In this document: positions 29,734-38,731 of the stretch, piece by piece
Layout: the number at the start of each line of letters is the position of its first letter
Position numbering within the stretch: the stretch's first letter is position 1
From: Candidatus Methanomethylicia archaeon
GTDB lineage: Archaea; Thermoproteota; Methanomethylicia; Culexarchaeales; Culexarchaeaceae
Assembly: GCA_038727515.1 (NCBI GenBank)
Contig: JAVYVS010000001.1
Location: forward strand, 532,297 to 596,296
Direction: 5' to 3'
DNA: 64,000 nucleotides
Position numbers and translations under genes: made by a program
The notes under the pieces: model-generated
Seen by the model: only the letters and a program-made list of their open reading frames with translations
Database searches by the model: none
What the model was told of the DNA's origin: nothing

Positions 29734-31026
29734 ATGATTGGTGAAGGTTCACGTAAATTATATGAACGCGCAAAAAAGGTTACACCTGCAGGTGTAAGTT
29801 ACGCAATAAGATACTTTGAACCATACCCAATATATATAAGGGCTGCAAAGGGATGTAGAGTTTATGATGTAGATGGAAATGAATACATAGATTACTGGGT
29901 TGGTCATGGAGCACTACTACTTGGACATAACCCACAAATAATGTTAAAAGCGTTAAGGGGGGCCATAGAAATTGGAACGCACTTTGGATTATCACATGAA
30001 TATGAAGTTGAATATGCAGAACAAGTTGTTAAAATGATTCCAAGTGCAGAAATGGTTAGATTCACAAATAGTGGAACAGAGGCAAATATGTATGCCATAA
30101 GATTAGCTAGAGCATACACTAAAAGGGTAAAAATAGGAAAGATGGAAGGGGGATGGCATGGTGGATACGATGCATTACATGTGGCAGTAAATCCACCTTT
30201 TGAAAAACCTGAATCAGCAGGATTAACGGAGGAAGCAACAAAAGACACGATACCATTACCCTTCAATGATCTAGAAACCATAAGCAAAATTATGAGGAAA
30301 AATGAACTTGCATGTATAATAGTTGAACCAGTACTTGGCGCTGGAGGATGTATACCACCAGAAGAAGGATTCCTCCAAGGTTTAAGAGAACTATGTGACG
30401 ATTATGATACACTACTAATATTTGATGAAGTTATAACTGGATTTAGATTATCACCTGGAGGCGCACAGCAATATTATGGAGTATACCCAGATATAACAGT
30501 TCTAGGAAAAGCTGTGGGTGGTGGAGGATTAAGTATTGGAGCAATATGTGGAAAAAGTGAAATTATGGAGTTAATGGATCATACAAAATACAGGGATAAG
30601 AGTGAAAGGGTATTCCATGGAGGAACATACACAGCAAATCCACTCGTAAGTTATGTTGGAACAATAATGTTAAGGGAATATGAGAAAGGATACATATACC
30701 CACACATAAATAGCCTTGGAAAGAAGCTTAAAGAAGAATTAGAAGAAGTATTTCAGAGATACAATATAGATGCACATACAACTGGAGAAGGATCTATGGT
30801 TGGAATACACTTTACAAAGAAGAAACCAAAAAATGCTAGAGAAGCAAATGAAGGTAAAAATGAAGAAATGGCGAAAGAATATCATAAATTCCTATTGGAA
30901 AAGAAGATAATAGTAATAAAACCAACATTACCACATACATTCATAAGTTATGCACATGGAGAAGAAGAAATAAACAAATTAGTAGAAGCAACAGAAGAAT
31001 TTGCAAAGAAAATTAAAGGTAGATAA
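29734..31026 (+). CDS. Class III PLP aminotransferase, glutamate-1-semialdehyde aminomutase (HemL)-like
   Basis: DVDGNEYID, RFTNSGTEA, GGWHG, IVEPV, FDEVITGFR, LGKAVGGG, HGGTYTANP. Confidence 0.82.
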   Translation: MIGEGSRKLYERAKKVTPAGVSYAIRYFEPYPIYIRAAKGCRVYDVDGNEYIDYWVGHGALLLGHNPQIMLKALRGAIEIGTHFGLSHEYEVEYAEQVVKMIPSAEMVRFTNSGTEANMYAIRLARAYTKRVKIGKMEGGWHGGYDALHVAVNPPFEKPESAGLTEEATKDTIPLPFNDLETISKIMRKNELACIIVEPVLGAGGCIPPEEGFLQGLRELCDDYDTLLIFDEVITGFRLSPGGAQQYYGVYPDITVLGKAVGGGGLSIGAICGKSEIMELMDHTKYRDKSERVFHGGTYTANPLVSYVGTIMLREYEKGYIYPHINSLGKKLKEELEEVFQRYNIDAHTTGEGSMVGIHFTKKKPKNAREANEGKNEEMAKEYHKFLLEKKIIVIKPTLPHTFISYAHGEEEINKLVEATEEFAKKIKGR

Positions 31027-31032
31027 TTTAAT

Positions 31033-31200
31033 TCAACCCCCAAAAACATATTCACCTAAAATAGATGAACATATAGGACATTTCATGTGAAGCTTAGAAC
31101 TACAGATATTACAAAAAATATGTTTTTTATTACAAACATAGACATCATCATATACAAAAAGTTTTTTCCCACATCTAATACATCGACCTAGTAACACCAT
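31033..31200 (-). CDS. Small C3HC4 RING-finger protein (55 aa), not in ORF track
   Basis: Hand translation: MVLLGRCIRCGKKLFVYDDVYVCNKKHIFCNICSSKLHMKCPICSSILGEYVFGG*. Ligand spacing is C-x2-C-x12-C-x3-H-x2-C-x2-C-x7-C-x2-C. It fills an otherwise empty 295-bp gap and its stop lies 6 bp from the convergent hemL-like stop. There is a TTTAAAT box at 31231-31237. Confidence 0.8.
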   Translation of the reverse strand: MVLLGRCIRCGKKLFVYDDVYVCNKKHIFCNICSSKLHMKCPICSSILGEYVFGG

Positions 31201-31321
31201 AAAAATCCCTATAACAATATAGATAGTAAAATTTAAACATAACCTAAGAATTGATTACCAAATTATCCTTTAGAAATAAAAGAGCAAAAAAGATATAACA
31301 AGATTAAATTAAGCAATAAAT

Positions 31322-32656
31322 GTGAAGAAAGTAAATTTATGGGAAATAAAAAGTTACTCTGGAGTTAGAGGGATATATGGAGTTCAAGTAACACCAGAAG
31401 TAATCTATAGAATTGTGAATGCATATGCTTCAATAAAAAATCCTGAAAAAGTAATTATTGGGAGAGATACAAGACCTTCAGGGATCCCACTAAAATATGC
31501 AGCTATATCAAGTTTAACAACAGTTGGATGTAAAGTGATAGATGTAGATGTATCTCCAACACCAGCAATACTATACTTCACAAAGGAACTTAAACAAAAT
31601 GGTGGAATAGTGATATCAGCATCCCACAATCCACCAGAGTACAATGCAATAAAAATTGCAGATAAAAATGGAATTCTAATATGGGATGAAGATCTAGATG
31701 AAATAATTAGGAAAGCCGAGAAAGAAGAAATAAATATTTCAAAAAATCCAGGAAAAGTGGAACTGAGAGATATAAACAATGAGTATATAAATAGAATTAT
31801 AAAGGTCATAGATCTGAGGGAAAGGGTTAAGGAAGGATTGAAAGTTCTCGTAGATCCAGGTGGAGGAGCAGGATCTCTAACTACACCAAAATTACTATCA
31901 AAAATTGGATGTAGAGTTATATCAATAAATTCAATACCGGGGAAATTCAATAGACCAATAGAACCAACTGAAGAAGCTTTAAAGGAAACATCAAAAATCG
32001 TTAAATTAGTAAATGCAGATATAGGTTTTGCACATGATTGTGATGCAGATAGACTTGTATGTATAGACGAAAAGGGGAAAGTTATTGGTGAAGACTACAG
32101 CATGGCAATAGCACTAAAATTTATACTCAAAACCAAGAAAATCAGTAAAATTGTAATTAATATAGCATCATCAAAAGTCATACAAGATATAGCGGAAGAA
32201 TATGGCGTTAAAGTCTATTGGTCTAAGGTTGGAGAAGCAAATATGATTAAAAAGATCATTGAAACAGATAGCGATATAGGAGTAGAGGGTAGTAGTGGAG
32301 GATTAATATTAAAAGAACACCATTTAACGAGGGATGGAGCTATAGCTGCACTATCAATAATAGGCGAAGTATCTGAAACGGGAAAAACACTTTCACAAAT
32401 AATTGAAGAACTACCTAAATACTATATGTTAAAGAGGAACATACCAAGAAATAATATAAATGTAGAGGATAAGATAGAATCACTAAATGAACTTGGGGAA
32501 ATAAATACAATAGATGGAGTGAAAATATCATCAGAAGATTATTGGGCTTTAATTAGACCATCAAAAACAGAACCAAAAATAAGGATAATAGTAGAGGCAA
32601 AAACAGAGGAAAAAGCTGTAGAAGTAATGAAAAAAATTATACGTAAAATAAGTTGA
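31322..32656 (+). CDS. Phosphohexomutase (PMM/PGM/GlmM family)
   Basis: SGVRG, GRDTR, ISASHNPPEYN, HDCDADR, IRPSKTEPKIRI. Confidence 0.9.
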   Translation: MKKVNLWEIKSYSGVRGIYGVQVTPEVIYRIVNAYASIKNPEKVIIGRDTRPSGIPLKYAAISSLTTVGCKVIDVDVSPTPAILYFTKELKQNGGIVISASHNPPEYNAIKIADKNGILIWDEDLDEIIRKAEKEEINISKNPGKVELRDINNEYINRIIKVIDLRERVKEGLKVLVDPGGGAGSLTTPKLLSKIGCRVISINSIPGKFNRPIEPTEEALKETSKIVKLVNADIGFAHDCDADRLVCIDEKGKVIGEDYSMAIALKFILKTKKISKIVINIASSKVIQDIAEEYGVKVYWSKVGEANMIKKIIETDSDIGVEGSSGGLILKEHHLTRDGAIAALSIIGEVSETGKTLSQIIEELPKYYMLKRNIPRNNINVEDKIESLNELGEINTIDGVKISSEDYWALIRPSKTEPKIRIIVEAKTEEKAVEVMKKIIRKIS

Positions 32657-32673
32657 ATATTAAATTGAAGAAA

Positions 32674-33638
32674 ATGAGTGAAAAAAAATACTAGAAATAA
32701 AAAGTGGAGATAGAATAATTCAAGTAACAGATAAAAATCTTAGAGTTATTGAAGGACCATTTATAGATAGAACAAATAGGAGAGTTGGAATACCCAGAGA
32801 AAGATTCTTTGCAAGAGAAGAATATCAACTATTTTGGGAAATGGAGATACCAGTAAATAAAATTGTAAACATTGATTATGACCGTGGAAAACTTAAAATA
32901 ACATGGATGAAGAAAGAGAAGGAAAGATATGAAAAACCAGAGGAGAATACCATAAGATTATCAGAATATGAAGCAATACAAATAATAGATGCATTGAATA
33001 GACTGAGGAAAGGAGAAGACCCAATATTATTAGCAAAAGAATATTCCCAATCATTCATAGGATATAGAGAAGAAATATCAAATGGAGAATTAATTGTGAG
33101 CATAGAGGGGGAAAATATAAAAATTGAAAGTGGAGAGTTGAATAGAATAATAAGCTATAGATACATAATGCCATATGTATCATCATTATTTGGAAGAATA
33201 TCAGATATATACTCTGAAAGGATACCAATAAAAGATATTTCAAATGTAAAAATTGAAGAAAAAGATAGGGGTATTCGTGGAAAAGAGTATAATGTAAAAA
33301 TAACACTCAAAAATGGTAAAGTTAAAAACATAAATTTCAGTAATGAAAAGGAGAAAGCTGAAAGATTTACTAATGTATTAAATAAGATGATAGAAACAAT
33401 AACTAAGAAAAGAGAGAAAATAAAATATGAAATTGTATATAAAATACCAGAAGAAGATTTAACAAAAACAACCATTAAAATAAGCGATTTAAGATCAATA
33501 CTTGCACCAACATTAGTAATATTTCTAATACTTGCAACCCTAGCTAGAGAATACATAGGAAAAGATATAACAACAACAGTATTAATGCTCATATTATCAC
33601 TCATTTTAGGAGCAATCTGGAAGAAGATAAGAGAATGA
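32674..33638 (+). CDS. Hypothetical membrane protein with two similar beta-rich modules and a C-terminal TM hairpin; 5' end disrupted by a frameshift in an A8 run
   Basis: The frame of ORF 32841-33638 is open back to 32682 (KKILEIKSGDRIIQVTDKNLRVIEGPFIDRTNRRVGIPRERFFAREEYQLFWE-MEIP). The only starts there (ATG 32674, GTG 32678) are out of frame across A8 at 32681-32688. Confidence 0.6.
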
Positions 33639-33666
33639 AAAGGTTTTTACATAAATAAGCTAAACT

Positions 33667-34608
33667 ATGCTGTGGTATGCAAATATGAATTATGGTGCAC
33701 AAAGTGAATATAGTAGATTAAAAAGTGTTTTAATGCATATTCCGGGAGAAGAAATAAATATAATTGATGGAAGTAATAGGGAGGTATACTTATTTAGGGA
33801 AGTTCCACATTTAGAGAAATTTAGAGAAGAACACTTAAAATTCATGGAAGCATTAAAAGGGGAAGGAGTAAGAATATACCTAGTTGAAGAATATGTATGT
33901 GAAGAAACAAAAAACATAATTAAAATGTGTCCAAATATGCTGTTTACAAGGGATACGGGAACTATAACAATTAAGGGTGCAATAATAGGGAGAATGGCCC
34001 ATCAAGCTAGACATGTTGAACCAATAATAGTTATGGAAGCTCTGAAAAATATTGGAGTACCAATGTACATGGTTATGAAACCTCCAGAAATATTTGAAGG
34101 TGGAGATGCAGTATGGTTAAATGAAGAAACATTGATGGTAGGTTACGGAACGAGGACAAATGAAGAAGCTATATTAAGGATGGTGATGGAAAATATTGGA
34201 GTTATATGTGAAAATATAATAGCAGTACCACTACCTAAAAGAAGAGTTCATCTTGATGGAACACTAATGATACTTTCAGAAGATACTGCAGTAACGAGAA
34301 TAGAGGATATTTCCATGTATCCATCAAAGATATATTCGAAAAATAATGTGAAAATAGTTAATCTAGCTAATTGGCTTAAAGAAAACAAATATGAATTAAT
34401 AACAGTAACTGATAGAGAAGATAGAATGTTTGGAGCAAATCTCGTTTCAATAGGAAATAAGAAAGTGTTTTCATATATTTGGAATAGAAGGATTATGAAG
34501 GAACTTGAGAAAAGAGGTTTTGATGTTATTGGTATAGAGGGATATGAACTTGTTAAAGGTGGAGGAGGACTACACTGTATGATACTACCAATAGAAAGGA
34601 CACGCTAA
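33667..34608 (+). CDS. Arginine deiminase/amidinotransferase (pentein) family protein
   Basis: LKSVLMH, FTRD, FEGGD, VHLD, GGGGLHCM catalytic Cys motif. The start may be the ATG at 33685. Confidence 0.88.
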   Translation: MLWYANMNYGAQSEYSRLKSVLMHIPGEEINIIDGSNREVYLFREVPHLEKFREEHLKFMEALKGEGVRIYLVEEYVCEETKNIIKMCPNMLFTRDTGTITIKGAIIGRMAHQARHVEPIIVMEALKNIGVPMYMVMKPPEIFEGGDAVWLNEETLMVGYGTRTNEEAILRMVMENIGVICENIIAVPLPKRRVHLDGTLMILSEDTAVTRIEDISMYPSKIYSKNNVKIVNLANWLKENKYELITVTDREDRMFGANLVSIGNKKVFSYIWNRRIMKELEKRGFDVIGIEGYELVKGGGGLHCMILPIERTR

Positions 34609-35291
34609 AACGATATTTGAAACCAAGTTTTACACATAAATCTAACTGGGCAAATATTATGTTTTGGATTTCTAGCAGAACAAAATTCTCTACCTAAAGC
34701 TATAAGCAATAAATGTAAACGTAGATATTCAGATTCTGGATAATTCTTCATCCAAAAACTTTGTATATCCTCATATTTAGCTTTAACATCAACAACACCC
34801 AATCTCTTTGAAACTCTAGTTATATGAGTATCAACGGGAAAGATAGCGCATCTACCAGTAAAGAGAAGTAGTACATCCGCAGTCTTAAGTCCAATTCCAG
34901 GAAGAGATAAAAGTATTCTTCTAGCTACATCACAAGGAAGATTTAAAATATTGTTGAGATCACTATTATAATTTTCTAAGATAATTTTTGATAGAGCAAT
35001 GATCCTATTAGCTCTATTAAAGTGTAGACCAGCTGGTTTAATAAGTTCAGCCAATTCAACAGGAGAAATCTTACTTAAGGTTTTAGCATTTATATCATAT
35101 TTTGATGATAAATTACTATAAGCTTTAATGGCATTCTTATCATTAGTATTTTGAGATAGTATAGTCATTATTAAAAGTTTAAATGGATCTGAAGATCTAG
35201 AAGCAATTATAGCAGCATAATCATCATAATTCAATTTAACCCCATTAACAAGCATATTCAAAAAGGCTTGTGGATTAAAATGATAAGACAT
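34605..35291 (-). CDS. nth: Endonuclease III (HhH-GPD glycosylase)
   Basis: DPFKLLIMTILSQNT, LPGIGLKTADVLL, PVDTHITRV, C-terminal Fe-S motif (variant C-x6-H-x2-C-x5-C). Confidence 0.88.
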   Translation of the reverse strand: MSYHFNPQAFLNMLVNGVKLNYDDYAAIIASRSSDPFKLLIMTILSQNTNDKNAIKAYSNLSSKYDINAKTLSKISPVELAELIKPAGLHFNRANRIIALSKIILENYNSDLNNILNLPCDVARRILLSLPGIGLKTADVLLLFTGRCAIFPVDTHITRVSKRLGVVDVKAKYEDIQSFWMKNYPESEYLRLHLLLIALGREFCSARNPKHNICPVRFMCKTWFQISF

Positions 35292-35410
35292 AAATATAGG
35301 TAGTGAGGAGAGAGATATAATCTTTTTCAGAAAATAGAATTATAGAATTCGAGTTTTGAAAAGCTAAATTTTATGAATAGAATGAATACAATCTAATCTG
35401 GTGTTATAGT

Positions 35411-36610
35411 TTGAGGAAGAAGTTTTATGATGGATATAAATCCTTCCAATATTTAGAAGCAGGGAAAGATTATAGAGTTTTTAAATTGGCGAAGGAGATC
35501 GATAGAGTTCCATCTAAAGATATTGAATTAAGTAAAAGTGAAGAAGAAAGAGTTTATGAAATATTGGAGAAATACATAGTTATATCACTACATGATCACT
35601 CAACAATTTTCCCAGAGAATCCTGAAGAAATACCAGCATATATTAGATGTGGAAGAATGTGGACTGGATTTGAGGGTTTAGTTTTATCGGGTGTAGATGT
35701 GATTTTTGAAGGTTTATTCAATGGTATAGGTCCAATAACTTCTAAAGATCCATGGAATTGGGAGAATATAGTGTATCAGATTGGAATGTTTACTTCAGAT
35801 ATTGATCATCAAAATACATTATTCATAGTTAGAAGATTTTCAGATATTGAAAAAGCTTACAGAGAGGGTAAAATAGGTATTGTAATACATATAGAGGGAA
35901 CACCTAGAATAGGGGATGAAATAGATAGAATAGATGTTCTTTACGGTCTTGGAGTTAGATGTATGGGTATAACATATAGTAGAGGTAATGAATTTGGAAG
36001 TGGACTTGCAGATAAAGTAGATAGAGGACTTACAGATCTCGGATATAAATTGGTTGAAAGAATGAATAAAATTGGGATGGCAATAGATTTAGCACATGTA
36101 GGAGATAAAACCTCTCTTGATATTATTGAAGCAAGTAAAAAGCCAGTATTCATTACACATGCAGGTGCAAGAACTCTATGGCCAACTAAAAGAATGAAAC
36201 CTGATGAAGTTATACAAGCACTAGCTGAAAAGGGAGGCGTATTTGGAGTAGAAGCTTCCCCACATACAACATTAACATTGAATGATAGAAAACATACAAT
36301 AGAAACCGTGATGAGACATTTTCAATACATAGAAAAACTTGTGGGAATAGATTACGTAGCCTTTGGACCAGATACACTATTTGGTGATCATGTAGCATTA
36401 CATAAAGTATTTTCAAGGGAATTATCATTAACTGAAACTAGACCTAGAGAACTAGAATATACAGAAGTAGAATATGTTGATGGTTTGGAAAATCCATCAC
36501 AATTTAAGAATATCATTAGATGGCTTGTTAAAAATGGTTATAGTGATGAAGAAATAGGAAAAGTAATTGGTGGGAATGTAATTAGGGTTTTAAGGGAAGT
36601 ATGGTATTAA
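35411..36610 (+). CDS. Membrane/renal-type dipeptidase (peptidase M19)
   Basis: SLHDH, GVRCMGITYS, GLTDLG, IDLAHVG, ITHAG, FGPD, VIGGNVIRV. Confidence 0.88.
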   Translation: MRKKFYDGYKSFQYLEAGKDYRVFKLAKEIDRVPSKDIELSKSEEERVYEILEKYIVISLHDHSTIFPENPEEIPAYIRCGRMWTGFEGLVLSGVDVIFEGLFNGIGPITSKDPWNWENIVYQIGMFTSDIDHQNTLFIVRRFSDIEKAYREGKIGIVIHIEGTPRIGDEIDRIDVLYGLGVRCMGITYSRGNEFGSGLADKVDRGLTDLGYKLVERMNKIGMAIDLAHVGDKTSLDIIEASKKPVFITHAGARTLWPTKRMKPDEVIQALAEKGGVFGVEASPHTTLTLNDRKHTIETVMRHFQYIEKLVGIDYVAFGPDTLFGDHVALHKVFSRELSLTETRPRELEYTEVEYVDGLENPSQFKNIIRWLVKNGYSDEEIGKVIGGNVIRVLREVWY

Positions 36611-37233
36611 TTGAGATTTTCTTGAGTCTTCCTAAAACCCTTATACTTTGTTATTCTAGAACTGATAACAGTATTACATGGGAGATATATCAATTTTCCA
36701 TCATCAGTAGATATTACAACAAATAATGCTGTAATATCTTCAATATAACCATTAACACCAGCAATTTCAACTCTATCACCAATCATAAATGGTCTTGATA
36801 ATAATATGAATATTCCAGCCATAATTTGACCTAAAGTTTGCTGTGAAGCATATCCAACAATCATACCAATAAATCCACCTAAAGCAACACCAGCAGTTGG
36901 ATTGGAAATAGCTCCAGCCATAGTTGCAAGCATAGCTCCAATACCAAGAAGTCTAAATAAACTTCTAATAGCAGCTGATGTAGAATGATCATACTTAGAT
37001 CTAAAAGACCAATAAACTATTTCAGAAAAGTAATATACTATTAGATATCCAAAGAGTAAACCAGCAATTACATCAACATAAATCTTATAACTAGAAACAT
37101 CAATTTTAAAGGTTTCAACAATAAATGTATACATTACATATTGTATTAAAGCTGATGAGAAAACATATAATAAAATTACAGTTATAAATTTGTATAAAGC
37201 CGATTTAAAATTATTAACCACATCCACCACCAA
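36607..37233 (-). CDS. Small-conductance mechanosensitive channel (MscS family, short)
   Basis: VGYASQQTLGQIMAGIFILLSRPFMIGDRVEI, GYIEDIT, LPCN. Confidence 0.85.
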   Translation of the reverse strand: MVVDVVNNFKSALYKFITVILLYVFSSALIQYVMYTFIVETFKIDVSSYKIYVDVIAGLLFGYLIVYYFSEIVYWSFRSKYDHSTSAAIRSLFRLLGIGAMLATMAGAISNPTAGVALGGFIGMIVGYASQQTLGQIMAGIFILLSRPFMIGDRVEIAGVNGYIEDITALFVVISTDDGKLIYLPCNTVISSRITKYKGFRKTQENLN

Positions 37234-37236
37234 AAT

Positions 37237-37557
37237 CTACTTCTTAATCCATCTATCAAAATCTCTAACGGTATACTTGTTTAAAGTGTATTTTAAAGCA
37301 TCTTCAAGATTAATCCTATAATAATTTGATATGCATATCAATGCAAAGAATACATCCCCAATTTCTTCTAAAAGAGATTCAAAATTACATTCAGATTTAC
37401 CGATCTCCATAGAATTTAAAATCCTTGAGAGTTCTCCAACCTCTTCCATTAATGCTGCCAACATGGATAAAGGCTTCCAATATCCACCGCCAAAATTCTT
37501 TATCCACTCATCAACCATATTTTGAAGATCTAAAATTCCAACCATAAGAATCACCAA
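37237..37557 (-). CDS. MazG-like nucleotide pyrophosphohydrolase (YpjD-like)
   Basis: GYWKPLSMLAALMEEVGEL, EEIGD, KYTVRD. Confidence 0.88.
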   Translation of the reverse strand: MVILMVGILDLQNMVDEWIKNFGGGYWKPLSMLAALMEEVGELSRILNSMEIGKSECNFESLLEEIGDVFFALICISNYYRINLEDALKYTLNKYTVRDFDRWIKK

Positions 37558-37562
37558 AAGTA

Positions 37563-38675
37563 TTAGGGTAATTCAAGAAACTTTAAACCTCTATCATCAA
37601 TAAGCCGTTTAAATACTTCGAAATACTTTAAGTTTATCCCAATAAATTCCGGTGGCAATAATCCTTTATCAACTATTATATTGTCGATAACCATTTTAGC
37701 AATTGAAGATTGAGTGAAACCAGTAGTCTTTGCCATAGCAGTAATATTGAGATTAAAATCATAACATAAATCCATAATGAACTTCCTATGAATATTGCTA
37801 TTAGAAAATGCTTCAATATACATTACCACACGGTCTGGAACATTTCTAACCATAATTTTATTGAGAATTTTTGCAGTTAAAATATTCATTTTAATTTTAA
37901 CACCATCAATATTTAAAGAATCATAACTAAGTAAACCAATCTTTTTAAGCGATCTCATAATCTCCAAATGACCTTTATATCTTAATGTATACTCTATCAA
38001 TTCACTAGACCCATTAAAGGTTTTCAACATTGTTCTAATACCATCAGAAACAAAGTATTCAAATACCCCAACCCCTAGAATTTCTATTTCTCCAGTATTC
38101 GATAATGGATCTAAATTAACTTCAGACCCATTTAATATAGCTCTCGCAGGCCTAATATATTCATCAATTAAATCCTCAACAGACCATGTTAAAACTAAAC
38201 CTAATGGAACCGTTGAATCTAGAGATATCCCCCCAACATAAATCCTACCAATATTTAATCCACCATACATTGAATGGAAATACCCTAAAAGAATATTGGT
38301 TAAACCAGGTGCAAAACCAGCATCAATAATTAAAACAACATTTTTCTCACGAGCAATAGGATCCAATGACCACGGGGACTCTGGAAAATAAGAAACATCA
38401 ACAACATTAATGCCAAGATTAAGTAGATTATTTAAAACTCTATATGCTATAGCTCCAGGTAATGCTGTAATGGCAACATTAAATCCCTTCAATCTATCAA
38501 TTAATAGAGGATTTGAAACATCGAGATTTAAAGTTTCCAAACCAAATTCTCTGGAGGCAATCTTCAATTTCTCATTATCAACATCAACAACCAGAGGGTG
38601 AATATTAGACTTAACAAGATCGAAGGCTACAGCTCTACCAATATTACCAAACCCGATTAAAACTACATCACTCAT
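37563..38675 (-). CDS. Saccharopine dehydrogenase family, probable L-lysine 6-dehydrogenase
   Basis: IGFGNIG, VVDVS, DAGFAPGLTN, TWSVEDLIDEYIRPAR, SDGIRTM, YTLRYKGH, TAMAKTTG. Confidence 0.82.
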   Translation of the reverse strand: MSDVVLIGFGNIGRAVAFDLVKSNIHPLVVDVDNEKLKIASREFGLETLNLDVSNPLLIDRLKGFNVAITALPGAIAYRVLNNLLNLGINVVDVSYFPESPWSLDPIAREKNVVLIIDAGFAPGLTNILLGYFHSMYGGLNIGRIYVGGISLDSTVPLGLVLTWSVEDLIDEYIRPARAILNGSEVNLDPLSNTGEIEILGVGVFEYFVSDGIRTMLKTFNGSSELIEYTLRYKGHLEIMRSLKKIGLLSYDSLNIDGVKIKMNILTAKILNKIMVRNVPDRVVMYIEAFSNSNIHRKFIMDLCYDFNLNITAMAKTTGFTQSSIAKMVIDNIIVDKGLLPPEFIGINLKYFEVFKRLIDDRGLKFLELP

Positions 38676-38731
38676 ATAAATCTAGAGAATATATCTAAAG
38701 AGATAAAATTTATAGTTTCCTAACAATAAGA

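Noticed and set aside
31033-31041. Reading the RING protein's C-terminal GG as evidence of a ubiquitin/SAMP-like modifier
   Set aside because: There is no beta-grasp domain in 55 aa, and the GG may arise from a G-run by chance. Kept only as a side note.
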